Origin: a virus
Taxonomy: Duplodnaviria > Caudoviricetes
Length of the DNA stretch: 64,000 nt
Reading direction: 5' to 3' (one strand)
Virus record (IMG/VR): IMGVR_UViG_3300025715_000009
Coordinates: 128,001-192,000 of that record
The translations under genes were made by a program, and so were the position numbers. Positions within the stretch are counted from its first letter, which is position 1, and each line of letters begins with the position of its first letter. Of the stretch, positions 38,487 to 48,020 are shown in pieces. The notes beneath the pieces are model-generated. The model was not told the origin of the DNA. It did no database searches and saw only the letters and a list, made by a program, of their open reading frames with translations.

Positions 38487-39607
38487 TATTTCCTCCAAGC
38501 AATAGTAACATTTACTCTTGGATCATTGATTGGAGCTCCTGTTGCTACACAATAAACCTGTATAACATCACCAGCAGAAAAATCTATATTTAATGTATCA
38601 TTATTATATTTTCCTGTTGTAAGAGAAAATGTTGCAAGATCTGTTAAAACTCCATTCTTACGAATTGCAAAACCTTTACTTTGATCACCTGCTCCACCAA
38701 CTGCTGATACTCCAACGATTGTTCCATTTTTAAGAACTGAATAGCCAGAATTTAAATCACTATGGAAACCAGTTGATAAATAATTAGCATCACCTTTTCT
38801 TGCTTGGAAAGAAACAGATGTTTGATTAATACTTAACCACTTGGATCTTGTGCTATCATAGGCATATAACACTCCATCTATATTTACAATTTGACCTGCT
38901 GCCACACCAACTGATGGAGTATAAGCCACAGGTGTAATTTGTAATGGTGCATAATCATTAGATGCATTAAATGTAACTGGTCCATTATCTATTGCAATTG
39001 ATGATCCACCATTATATGCAGCATCTAATGTTAATCCAGGGATAGTAGAACCAGAAATACCAACTGCTCCAATATAACGATATACTCTAACCCATAGTGG
39101 TTGAGACCATCCAAGATTTGATGCAGTATACCCAGCTCCAAGAACAATAAACCCCATCTTATAAGATGGGACCCAAGCACCTTGAGTTGTAGTAATTTCT
39201 GTACCAGGAGCTGTACCACTTCCATTATCTTGGAAAAGTTTCATGGCATAGCCCTTTCCAAAAATTTGTGGAATAAGCCAATCACCTTTTATAACAGATG
39301 ATTCATTTCCTGGTGTAGAAAAAGCAGCCCAAGCTCTATCATTTGTTCCTGTTATTTTTGTTAATTTAAGATCAATTTTTTCAATCATAGTAGGATTAGC
39401 TGCAACAGCAGCATCTGCTTCGGCTGGAGTATTAGCAACTGGAACTTGTTCTACATATAAATCTTGATTTAAAAGAAATGGTCTCCAACCATATTTCTCT
39501 TCATAATATGCAAGACCACTTGAATCTGATGTATTACTTAAACCTTGAACACCAAATACCATTTTAATTGCTAAATTAAGTTTTTCTTGATCAGTTAAAT
39601 TTGCCAT
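38486..39607 (-). CDS. Virion structural protein (module Y plus AWR C-domain)
   Basis: N-terminal half similar to 52850 and 54977; C-domain ends IAWRK. Confidence 0.75.
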   Translation of the reverse strand: MANLTDQEKLNLAIKMVFGVQGLSNTSDSSGLAYYEEKYGWRPFLLNQDLYVEQVPVANTPAEADAAVAANPTMIEKIDLKLTKITGTNDRAWAAFSTPGNESSVIKGDWLIPQIFGKGYAMKLFQDNGSGTAPGTEITTTQGAWVPSYKMGFIVLGAGYTASNLGWSQPLWVRVYRYIGAVGISGSTIPGLTLDAAYNGGSSIAIDNGPVTFNASNDYAPLQITPVAYTPSVGVAAGQIVNIDGVLYAYDSTRSKWLSINQTSVSFQARKGDANYLSTGFHSDLNSGYSVLKNGTIVGVSAVGGAGDQSKGFAIRKNGVLTDLATFSLTTGKYNNDTLNIDFSAGDVIQVYCVATGAPINDPRVNVTIAWRK

Positions 39608-40428
39608 AAATAATTCTCCAATAATTTTGGATTTTTTTCTATATTAATAAGATCGCTTGTCAAAATAAGAACCAATCCAATTTCGTTTTTTGCTAAATCA
39701 ATTTTATCTTTTTGTAACTCATAAAAATAATTTGCTTTTGTATCTATATATTTATTTTCTATAATAAAATCTGGAGCATATCTTTCACCAGAAGATAGAA
39801 TTATTTGTTTATGATATAATTCCCATTTATAATTTAAATTATCAAGAATTTTTGCTAATCTTAATTCATATGTTCCTTGACATTTATGAATTTTACCGGT
39901 TTTATCAACAAATTCTATCCATTTACTTTTGCCACCCTTATTAATAAATTCTTTATATTTATTTACATCTTGATGGGCTTTTTTTAAACCAATACTTATT
40001 TTGTTTTTATATTCTTCTGTAAAGATTTTATTTTTTAACTTTAATTTTACATCCTCTCTTTGTGAATTATGTTCAACATTATATTTAGCCATTATACTTT
40101 TTTTCATTTTTTCTTTATCTTTAAGTATATAATCTATACCATATCTACTTAAATTAGTTTGTTTTATTTTTTCTTTAACAGAATTTAATTGAAAACAATT
40201 TATAACTCCATATTTTTTTAAAAAAGAACATTTTTTACAATAACAACCATTGTTACTCATAATACTTTTTTTATTAGTAATAATATCACATTCACAATCA
40301 AGACATTTTGTTTGAACTCTATCACGTTGTTTAATTTCTATTCCATTTAAAAATAAAGCTTTAAATTTTACGCCATTATAAATAGAATCTTTAATTTCTA
40401 TTTTTGGGCTAAATGGTATAGAAATCAT
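39595..40428 (-). mobile_element. Homing-endonuclease-like gene (Zn ribbon, KYG repeats, PD-(D/E)xK)
   Basis: CLDC/CKKC, KYGVINCFQ, QGTYE...YAPDF...YIDTK; same architecture as 3457..4407. Confidence 0.75.
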
Positions 40429-40733
40429 TTCACTTCTCCTATAAACTTAATTGGTGATGAAAAAATAGTTTTAATAATCAAATTATGATCCAACTTATTT
40501 AAATCCTTGTGCCAATTTTCATATATATTTCTAACTTGGTTTTGACCATGTAATTGATTAGATGTTATGGTCTTACCAGTTATATTACTATAATAACCAA
40601 AAAAATAATGTATTTCACATTCCAGCAATAAATTTGACCAATCAAATTTGGATATAGTAAAATATCCAAATTCTAATCCATCACTACTTTTCCAATAATA
40701 ATAAGCTTCACCTTTATAATTAGATGGAAACAT
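40425..40733 (-). CDS. Hypothetical protein, type-B signature (HNLIIKTIF)
   Basis: ORF track. Confidence 0.65.
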   Translation of the reverse strand: MFPSNYKGEAYYYWKSSDGLEFGYFTISKFDWSNLLLECEIHYFFGYYSNITGKTITSNQLHGQNQVRNIYENWHKDLNKLDHNLIIKTIFSSPIKFIGEVK

Positions 40734-40738
40734 ATTTA

Positions 40739-40909
40739 TTAAATTTCATCTCCAATTGTTGAAACATCATATTCAAGCATTTGATCTAAATTTGCCTTAA
40801 GCTTTTTAAGCTCGGTTTTAGAAAGAAAGATGCCCTGAACTAATGCTTCATTGTCTGAAAAATATACAAGATACTTTTCTTCATTTTTCTTTTCGATTTT
40901 GATTTTCAT
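40739..40909 (-). CDS. 56-aa hypothetical protein (not in ORF track)
   Basis: MKIKIEKKNEEKYLVYF...IGDEI*; GAGG RBS. Confidence 0.65.
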   Translation of the reverse strand: MKIKIEKKNEEKYLVYFSDNEALVQGIFLSKTELKKLKANLDQMLEYDVSTIGDEI

Positions 40910-40910
40910 T

Positions 40911-41204
40911 TTATTCCTCTTCTGGTGTAAAGGTTTTTCTCTTGAGAGATTTTACTTGAGATGTTCTTACGCCATAAGATGCTGATATCATATTAATGGC
41001 CATTTTAAGGGCTTTTTCCACTTGATTTGATTGAATTGCTGCAACCAACTCTTGTTTCATTTTATCATCAACATCAGATTGTTGAATTTGATTTACAAGA
41101 CCTGCTTTGAAATCATTTCCTAATTGTCTTTTTGCTGTAAGATTATCAGCAGCAAATTGTGATTCAGCAAGATCTATTTCTTTATTTAATTGTTTAAATT
41201 TCAT
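40911..41204 (-). CDS. Hypothetical protein with CTS-like N-terminus
   Basis: MKFKQLNKEIDLAE; GAGG RBS. Confidence 0.65.
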   Translation of the reverse strand: MKFKQLNKEIDLAESQFAADNLTAKRQLGNDFKAGLVNQIQQSDVDDKMKQELVAAIQSNQVEKALKMAINMISASYGVRTSQVKSLKRKTFTPEEE

Positions 41205-41213
41205 ATTTGCCTC

Positions 41214-41693
41214 TTACTCTGTTGTATCAACTACTTCAATATCAAATTCTTTCTTAAATCTTGTTCCAGAAATACCAAGTATAATTGTTGCTTCACCTTC
41301 TGCAATAGCTGTAACTACAAATTTACCTTCATTTGCATCAACACCAGCTTCTACTGTTGCAACATCTTCATCAGAAGAAATGCAAGTAAAAGTATATGTC
41401 TTGTCTGTATTTGATGGGACGACTGCAGGTGTAATTAATGCTGATTGTAATCCACCACTCACCATATCAAATTCTGTTGCTGTAATACTACCATTTACTC
41501 CAGTAATTGGTCTATCAATATATTGAGTTGAATCGTAATCTCTTACACCATCATTTAACAAATCTGATGATTTAGATAATAAAGGATAGAATGCATGATC
41601 CTCTCCAAATCTCATATATTCTGGGTTTTTTCCATAAAATCTAACTAAACGAGCATAAGCTACTGGAACTTTATCGCCTTGAAAATCTGCCAT
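41214..41693 (-). CDS. Ig-like (Big_2) domain virion protein
   Basis: VVPSNTDKTYTFTCISSDEDVATV...VTAIAEGEATI. Confidence 0.75.
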   Translation of the reverse strand: MADFQGDKVPVAYARLVRFYGKNPEYMRFGEDHAFYPLLSKSSDLLNDGVRDYDSTQYIDRPITGVNGSITATEFDMVSGGLQSALITPAVVPSNTDKTYTFTCISSDEDVATVEAGVDANEGKFVVTAIAEGEATIILGISGTRFKKEFDIEVVDTTE

Positions 41694-41704
41694 TCTAATC
41701 CTCC

Positions 41705-42031
41705 TTAAAGTTCAAATTCATCAACTTCATCTTCATCACTTATTCCTTTTCCAGTTTCATCTTCTGCATCCATTGTTGGGAATTCTGGTTCAGGAATTTC
41801 AGCTATTTCTTCTTTGTCGATTTCATTGATAAAAAATTCTAATGTTTTTCTTGCTGCTTCCAAGATTTCTGATCTATCAGCTTTCTTGGAAAATTGTTTC
41901 TTGACATCTTTTACAAATTCTGCTATGAGAGTAAGAGCATCTTCTTTGGCAAGATTTTTGCTTACTTGCTCATCTTGTTGCTCTGCTTCATATATCTCAC
42001 TTAATAACTTTTTTAATAATTTTTCACTCAT
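41705..42031 (-). CDS. Acidic hypothetical protein
   Basis: ORF track; GGAG RBS. Confidence 0.7.
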   Translation of the reverse strand: MSEKLLKKLLSEIYEAEQQDEQVSKNLAKEDALTLIAEFVKDVKKQFSKKADRSEILEAARKTLEFFINEIDKEEIAEIPEPEFPTMDAEDETGKGISDEDEVDEFEL

Positions 42032-42045
42032 ATTATTCTCCTATA

Positions 42046-44112
42046 CTACCAATCTATTACTGACATATAACTAATGCGTGGTGCTGTGTTACCAGGATAT
42101 AAAACCTTAACAAGAATCATATATCCTGAATTGACTGTATAATTTGTTCCTAATGTAAATTGGAAATCACTTGTTGTTTGTATATCTCTATTTACCCAAC
42201 ACCCATCATCATCTGCTCCACTAAATGAAGAGAAGTTATAATCTCTTGTTAGGTCTAACCATCCAGTTTGAGATGGGGCTTTAATCCATACACGAACATC
42301 ACGATTATATAATTGTGTTTTTGTTATTCCTGTCATTCTTAATGTACCTGATGCATGTGATGAAGATGTATCTCTAAAAGCTCTTAAATAAACTTTATTT
42401 GTTTCAGATGCTATAAGAGAATAATCAGGGTTTCCACTTGGCATATAAGTAGAGAAATTCAATGTTGGGAAATAAAGTTCATCCATATAGAGTTGTAATC
42501 CAGCTCCATCATCATAAGTATCAAGAGATTGAGTACTATCCCATTGACCCGTTATTGTAGATGGAATTGAATTATATGCTAAATTTTGAAGACGATATTG
42601 TTCATCTCTGAAATGTTCAACCAAATCTGTAGATGCATTCCCATAAGACCAAATTAATATATTTTGTGATGCAGATTGAACTGCTGTATATGAACCATAT
42701 GGATCACGAGGTGTTGCAGTAATTCTTGCATTACTTGCCATTTGATTTGCTGCTTGACCTAAAGACCAATTTGATACTGACATTATTTCACCAATATCAG
42801 GGGGTGAAGAAACGCCAGATACAGCAACATTGTTATATGTTATTTCTGTTGATGACATTCCAGGCCACCCTGAAAATACTAAAGGAGCTCCTGATGAATG
42901 ATATACATTATCAAAAGCATCGCTTACAGTAACATCTACATCCCAAGTTGATCCTGTATCATAATATTTAACACCAGATAGATATTTAAATACTGGCGTA
43001 TCTTCTGTAATAATTGGTGTTGAAACAGATGGATTAGAGCCTGTATCTGTATCATAGAAAATATGAACTGATGCAGAAGTTTGTATCCCACCTTCTTGAG
43101 TTGATAATCCTTCATGTTTAATATAAATTTCACTATAACCTTGACGTAATAAAGCAGGATCAGTTATTTCTGCCCTTACTTGGAAACGTTGATAAAATTT
43201 AAAACCATTATGAGCTTGAACTGAAAGGACTTGGAAAGTACCTCCAGTAAATGTTACTACACCATTAGATATAACACTTCCTGTACCTTGAACATCATAT
43301 TCAGTTAAAATTTGAGATCCATCACGATTTGCAGGATTAAAATTTGCTCCTAAATCTATTGCAGCAATTACTGATCCATTGATATATAACTTGACTACAC
43401 CACGATCTCCATAATTAGAATAATTACCACCAGGGGTAGTAATTGTAAAAGTTGAATCTCTTGTTATGTAATTTACAACATCACCTGCAGGATCATCTGA
43501 TTTGTAATTTATATTAGATTGTGATAATCCACCAGTTACAAATGTAGTTCCAGCTACTGTAAGAGTTTGCCCATTCATAGAAAGAGGCGGATCTGGTGGA
43601 CCAATATAAGCCACATTTTTACCATTTTCAGTATCAATATATACATCATCTTCTGCTTGTACGAAAACAAGTTTTTCTATATTTTCTCCATATGGATCAT
43701 TATCATATTCTGTAACTACTAATGTTGATGTAGCTTGAGACCATTCAGCTGCTGTAGAATCCCAACGATAGAGAATTCCATTTTCACGAACAAGACGAAT
43801 GTCTCCATTTTCATTACCATTAATTGGAAGATTAGCAAAAGTAGCAACATTTGGTTTCCATTGATTTTTTAATGTCAATCTTTCAATAGCTATTGCTTTT
43901 GTAAAATCTCCAGTTGTATTACCGATATCAGTTGTAGAGAGAATCAATCCAGTAGCAGGGTTATCTGATAAATTAGTGACCATATCATCAGACAAATAAC
44001 CGTCAATATCATTAACATCAATTGTTATTGATTGACCATCTGCTATGACAATACCAAGATCATCAATGCTAACTTCTGCTCCTGTGCTGTTTTTAAGATA
44101 GTATTCAGCCAT
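42046..44112 (-). CDS. Virion structural protein (DLG N-module; C-terminal region paralogous to 54977..60025)
   Basis: Shared LRQGY, SGV.YY, RDP.G, STDL.E.FRDE.YRL, PxQTGWL, T.NSGYMI motifs. Confidence 0.8.
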   Translation of the reverse strand: MAEYYLKNSTGAEVSIDDLGIVIADGQSITIDVNDIDGYLSDDMVTNLSDNPATGLILSTTDIGNTTGDFTKAIAIERLTLKNQWKPNVATFANLPINGNENGDIRLVRENGILYRWDSTAAEWSQATSTLVVTEYDNDPYGENIEKLVFVQAEDDVYIDTENGKNVAYIGPPDPPLSMNGQTLTVAGTTFVTGGLSQSNINYKSDDPAGDVVNYITRDSTFTITTPGGNYSNYGDRGVVKLYINGSVIAAIDLGANFNPANRDGSQILTEYDVQGTGSVISNGVVTFTGGTFQVLSVQAHNGFKFYQRFQVRAEITDPALLRQGYSEIYIKHEGLSTQEGGIQTSASVHIFYDTDTGSNPSVSTPIITEDTPVFKYLSGVKYYDTGSTWDVDVTVSDAFDNVYHSSGAPLVFSGWPGMSSTEITYNNVAVSGVSSPPDIGEIMSVSNWSLGQAANQMASNARITATPRDPYGSYTAVQSASQNILIWSYGNASTDLVEHFRDEQYRLQNLAYNSIPSTITGQWDSTQSLDTYDDGAGLQLYMDELYFPTLNFSTYMPSGNPDYSLIASETNKVYLRAFRDTSSSHASGTLRMTGITKTQLYNRDVRVWIKAPSQTGWLDLTRDYNFSSFSGADDDGCWVNRDIQTTSDFQFTLGTNYTVNSGYMILVKVLYPGNTAPRISYMSVIDW

Positions 44113-44191
44113 TATTTACATACTCCTATTATAAGGGAACTTGTAATTATCTTTATGTTTATTGAAGAAAAAGATAGTTTTTAGCAAGAAA

Positions 44192-44611
44192 TTATGACAG
44201 ATTTAATTTTGATATGATTTGTTTAAAATCTTGAAATTCAAAAATTATTTTTAATGTTTTATGTAAATTTTTTTTATAAGATACTTCCAAATTACCATAT
44301 TTTAATATTAAAATAAATATATCAACTAAATCTTTTTCTGAAAAATTTTCAACATTTTCCTGAAATGTCTTGTATGGTGTTTCTCTAAATGGTGGATCAA
44401 AATATTTTTGAGTGTTTATTCTTAAATTGGCTTTATTTTTAATAAGATATTTAGCTATTTCCGCCCCATCTTTATGTTTGCCAGTTAGACAATAAAACAA
44501 TAAAGTTCTACCATAACTATCTCTTGTATTAATATCAATATGATCAGAGATAATTAAACTTAAAACATCTTGTAGTTGACCCTTAGCCAACATTCTGTTT
44601 ATTTCAACCAT
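44192..44611 (-). CDS. Ankyrin-repeat protein with type-B-like signature (HKTLKIIF)
   Basis: DINTRDSYGRTLLFY...EIAKYLIKNKAN. Confidence 0.75.
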   Translation of the reverse strand: MVEINRMLAKGQLQDVLSLIISDHIDINTRDSYGRTLLFYCLTGKHKDGAEIAKYLIKNKANLRINTQKYFDPPFRETPYKTFQENVENFSEKDLVDIFILILKYGNLEVSYKKNLHKTLKIIFEFQDFKQIISKLNLS

Positions 44612-44614
44612 GAT

Positions 44615-44836
44615 TTATAATTCACCAATTTTTGCTGTAAAGATATATTTAATAAATTTTCTCAGATGTTGCTTTTTAGCTGGAATATAATCAAATACTC
44701 TTATTCTATCATAAGATAAATAATCTATTTCTAATTTATTAATATCTTTGTCATATAATATAATTATACTAATAGGTTTAACATGTAAAAAGAGGCACTC
44801 AAAAGTATATTTAGTTCTTTTAGCGTAATTCCACAT
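44615..44836 (-). CDS. Small protein, tandem paralogue of 44843, type-B signature
   Basis: MWNY...ECLFL.VKPISII.LYD...AKKQHLRKFIKYIFTA. Confidence 0.75.
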   Translation of the reverse strand: MWNYAKRTKYTFECLFLHVKPISIIILYDKDINKLEIDYLSYDRIRVFDYIPAKKQHLRKFIKYIFTAKIGEL

Positions 44837-44842
44837 AATATT

Positions 44843-45064
44843 TTATATCTCACCAATTTCTGCTGTAAAGATATATTTAATGAATTTTCTTAAATGTTGT
44901 TTTTTAGCAGAAGTAAATTCTCTTATTACTACTAAATCATATTTTTTATGTCGTATTTCGAGTATATTAAATTTTTCATCATATAATAATATTATACTAA
45001 TTGGTTTAACGTTTAAAAAGAGACATTCGTATTTATATTTATTTCCTGGTGTATAATTCCACAT
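44843..45064 (-). CDS. Small protein, tandem paralogue of 44615 (start revised to MWNY)
   Basis: The ORF-track extension overlaps a terminator; AAGATAAT lies 3 nt before ATG 45064. Confidence 0.75.
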   Translation of the reverse strand: MWNYTPGNKYKYECLFLNVKPISIILLYDEKFNILEIRHKKYDLVVIREFTSAKKQHLRKFIKYIFTAEIGEI

Positions 45065-45083
45065 AATATTATCTTGCAAAAAA

Positions 45084-45106
45084 AAAGAGAGCAAGATGCT
45101 CTCTTT
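45084..45106 (-). terminator. Intrinsic terminator
   Basis: aaagagagca-aga-tgctctcttt plus T-tract; same stem as 50637-50661. Confidence 0.85.
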
Positions 45107-45124
45107 AAAATAAAACAACAATTA

Positions 45125-45394
45125 TTATACTTTATTGCCTTGTAATAATATCTTGGCAGCTATATTTGGTTCAGGATCAATTAAAATTCCACCTTTTAAC
45201 CAATCACAAAAATCATCCATTTTCATCTCTTGTTGGTTTACATATTGTCCATCTTTGCTAACACGACAAACAACATAAAGATCATTTTCATCTCCATCTT
45301 TAGGAGCGTATTTTGTTACATCGATAACACGGATGACATCTGCTCCATCAAAAACAACTGGAGGCATTGTAACTTGAAACATTCTTCCAATCAT
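45125..45394 (-). CDS. Hypothetical protein, type-A signature (IAAKILL)
   Basis: ORF track; GAGG RBS. Confidence 0.7.
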   Translation of the reverse strand: MIGRMFQVTMPPVVFDGADVIRVIDVTKYAPKDGDENDLYVVCRVSKDGQYVNQQEMKMDDFCDWLKGGILIDPEPNIAAKILLQGNKV

Positions 45395-45396
45395 AT

Positions 45397-45699
45397 TTAC
45401 CTCTTCATTTGTAATCTAAATTTTGCTTCATCGCTTATATTATCAAATTTTACTAAATAAATTCTATTCTTTTTTTTACTATCTATTAAAAATCCTTGAA
45501 GTGATATTTGTCCAATGAATTGTAAGTTTATATCATAATTATCTATGAGAAAAAATAATGTATCTTGTATCATTCCAACATCTAAAATATGATAATATCT
45601 ACTAAAAGAAGAAGTCATAGTATCAAATGATAATGAATCATATAAAATATCATTTGGGCGTATATCTTCTACTGATTTTATTTCAATTAACTCAGACAT
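45397..45699 (-). CDS. Hypothetical protein (ends EAKFRLQMKR)
   Basis: ORF track. Confidence 0.65.
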   Translation of the reverse strand: MSELIEIKSVEDIRPNDILYDSLSFDTMTSSFSRYYHILDVGMIQDTLFFLIDNYDINLQFIGQISLQGFLIDSKKKNRIYLVKFDNISDEAKFRLQMKR

Positions 45700-47455
45700 T
45701 TGGATATTTTTTATAAAAATCTGACTCTACATCCTTGGCCCATTCAAAACGAGCTTGTACTGATGGAGTATAAAGGCGCTTGATATCTACATTATTATCC
45801 TTACACCAACTAATACCAATCCTCGGATCAGAATAATTCAGTTTAGATGTACCAAGAGCAACGCCCTTGGTTTTTTCTTTCATATCAATTTTAGATTGAA
45901 GGTCATTAATTCTTTCTTCGAGCTTATTTAGCTTTTTAGTAAGAGCTTCCTCTTTCTTTTTATATGTTTCTTTAGCTCTCCTTATACTATCTTTTTTTCT
46001 ATCACCAGTATACTTCTCAGCAAAGGAGATACGCTTATCTCTTTCTTGTTTGAGAAGATCAAGCTCTTGTTTGAGAGATGCCTTAATATTTTTAAATTCA
46101 TTTTTATATGTCTTAAGCTTATCCTTCATGTTCTGCAGAGAGCGTTCATATGCTTCAGAAACAGCAGATTGGTGATTAAGCTTAAGAGCAACTTCTAAAT
46201 TGGCATTAACATAATACTCAAGTTTTTTCTTCTCAGAAAGAGAAGAATTGATTTTTTGAGCTTGTAATTCCTTGGCTAGAAGAACAGAGCCGGTAGCTGT
46301 TCTAAATTGTTTCGCAGTGAGACCAGGAAGTACCATACCCAAGAATTCATTGACATCAGAACTTGTAATTGAATCAAAAACTTGTTCACTTTTTCCTTTA
46401 CCATTAATAAACTCCTCTATATTACGAATTGCATTAATATGCAAATTCTCTACACGATTATGGTAGCGAATGCTATCTTTGCCAAGAAAATCAAAAACAA
46501 CTGCTGTCCCATCAACTTGAATATGCTCTACTCTCAGAGTAGTAGCACCCACGGTATCAGCTTCGTCTTCATCTTTTTCATCTCCTACACGAATACTCAT
46601 TTTGGCAATGAGCTCGCAGACAGTTGCAATTTGACGAGTAGAACGATCACGAGATGCAAGTTTCTTTTCAATAAATGAATTTACTTTATCAAAGTTATTT
46701 GCCAGCTCTATTGCCTTGGCAAATTTCTTTTCAGCTGATTTGTGAGATACAATAGAAGTAGCAGAAAAGAGGATTGGTTTAAATTTGCCAGTAAGAGGAC
46801 AATACCACCCAGCAGTAAAAAGACTATTTTGATTCTCTTCTACCCTCTTCCAAGAATGACCTTCAGGAGGAGAAGGAGGGTTAAGATTGAGAGAGTGGTT
46901 AATTATAACATCTTCAGGGGCGATTGCTCTTTTCCATGAACCACGAAGAGGATGATTACCTCTCCCAAGGAAAAGGCCAGCAGGTTCAACCACATAATTA
47001 CCAAGAGGAACTTTTTGACCATCAAGTTCAGCAAAACCATGAATAGCTTTTAGCTCTTCTCTCTTCCTCTTCTCTTCTTCTTTTACCTCTTTCCCAATCT
47101 GCTTTTTTTCATCTCTTTGAGCAATATAAATTCGTCGTAGTTTAGTAAAATCCCAGTCTTCAGGAAACTTAGATTTCTTTATCTCTTCATAATCAAGGTA
47201 GTTGTTAAGAGTAGAATTAGCAAGACCATCAGAAAATGTTTTGATAAAGTCTTTAAAAAAATTCTTTTGAAAAGTTTTGTCTTTTACATATGGTGTTTCA
47301 AATTTAGCAACCCAAGCCCATGCCATTTCTTCTTGTTTGGAAGTGAAAACAAATTCTTTATCAAACAGCTTAAAACAGGCACCCTTAAACTGATAAGGTT
47401 TAGGGAATACAGGGCCATTATGTTTAAGTGTTTTCCATTTTTCTGCCATATTCAT
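45692..47455 (-). CDS. DNA topoisomerase IB, long eukaryote/Thaumarchaeota type
   Basis: KWKTLKHNGPVFP, EPAGLFLGRGNHP, IRVGDEKD, FDFLGKDSIRY, GLTAKQFRT, LNHQ, coiled-coil linker, GTSKLNYSDPRI (catalytic Tyr). Confidence 0.96.
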   Translation of the reverse strand: MNMAEKWKTLKHNGPVFPKPYQFKGACFKLFDKEFVFTSKQEEMAWAWVAKFETPYVKDKTFQKNFFKDFIKTFSDGLANSTLNNYLDYEEIKKSKFPEDWDFTKLRRIYIAQRDEKKQIGKEVKEEEKRKREELKAIHGFAELDGQKVPLGNYVVEPAGLFLGRGNHPLRGSWKRAIAPEDVIINHSLNLNPPSPPEGHSWKRVEENQNSLFTAGWYCPLTGKFKPILFSATSIVSHKSAEKKFAKAIELANNFDKVNSFIEKKLASRDRSTRQIATVCELIAKMSIRVGDEKDEDEADTVGATTLRVEHIQVDGTAVVFDFLGKDSIRYHNRVENLHINAIRNIEEFINGKGKSEQVFDSITSSDVNEFLGMVLPGLTAKQFRTATGSVLLAKELQAQKINSSLSEKKKLEYYVNANLEVALKLNHQSAVSEAYERSLQNMKDKLKTYKNEFKNIKASLKQELDLLKQERDKRISFAEKYTGDRKKDSIRRAKETYKKKEEALTKKLNKLEERINDLQSKIDMKEKTKGVALGTSKLNYSDPRIGISWCKDNNVDIKRLYTPSVQARFEWAKDVESDFYKKYPNV

Positions 47456-47470
47456 ATTATAATCCTTTTA

Positions 47471-48019
47471 TTAATTCTCTAAATTAAGTAATAGTTTGGC
47501 TGCTCTTGCTTGCAAACGATCAAAATCATCAATGAATAAAAATATATCATAACTCCAATGGCCATAACTCCCACTACCAGACCCTGTGTTTAATGGTATA
47601 GGATATATATTATTTTTATAACTAGGAAGATATTCTCCTTTACTTGTATAAGTTTTTCCACTTATCCTGCCTCTATATCCAGGATAACCAAATGGGAGTT
47701 CAGGTTTATTATGCCAGTTTGTTGGTTTTCCTACTGGAGCATGATGACTATTAGACACCTCTGGATTAAATGTGACATCAAGAGATATATCATCAATATG
47801 GTCATCATACATTTCTTTAAGAAAATCATTTATCACTTCAAGATAGTTATCTAAATCAAAGTTTTTATAAAATTTTGCAACTGCATTTGCATAATTATTT
47901 TTTCTAAATTCTTCTAAAGCAGCTTCTTTTCTACAAATATCTTCATGCTCAAAAGCTTTTTTTATATTAGAGAATTTCTTTTTACAGTACTCACATTGAT
48001 AATGCTCAACTATAATCAT
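47471..48019 (-). CDS. C2H2-like Zn-finger protein, type-A signature (RAAKLLL)
   Basis: YQCEYCKKKF...HEDIC. Confidence 0.7.
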   Translation of the reverse strand: MIIVEHYQCEYCKKKFSNIKKAFEHEDICRKEAALEEFRKNNYANAVAKFYKNFDLDNYLEVINDFLKEMYDDHIDDISLDVTFNPEVSNSHHAPVGKPTNWHNKPELPFGYPGYRGRISGKTYTSKGEYLPSYKNNIYPIPLNTGSGSGSYGHWSYDIFLFIDDFDRLQARAAKLLLNLEN

Positions 48020-48020
48020 C

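Noticed and set aside
44192-47455. Eukaryotic giant-virus or archaeal-virus origin suggested by TopIB and ankyrin
   Set aside because: Shine-Dalgarno sites, intrinsic terminators, the M23 peptidase, sigma factor, STAS protein and bacterial-type Cca/MnmA all indicate a bacteriophage.
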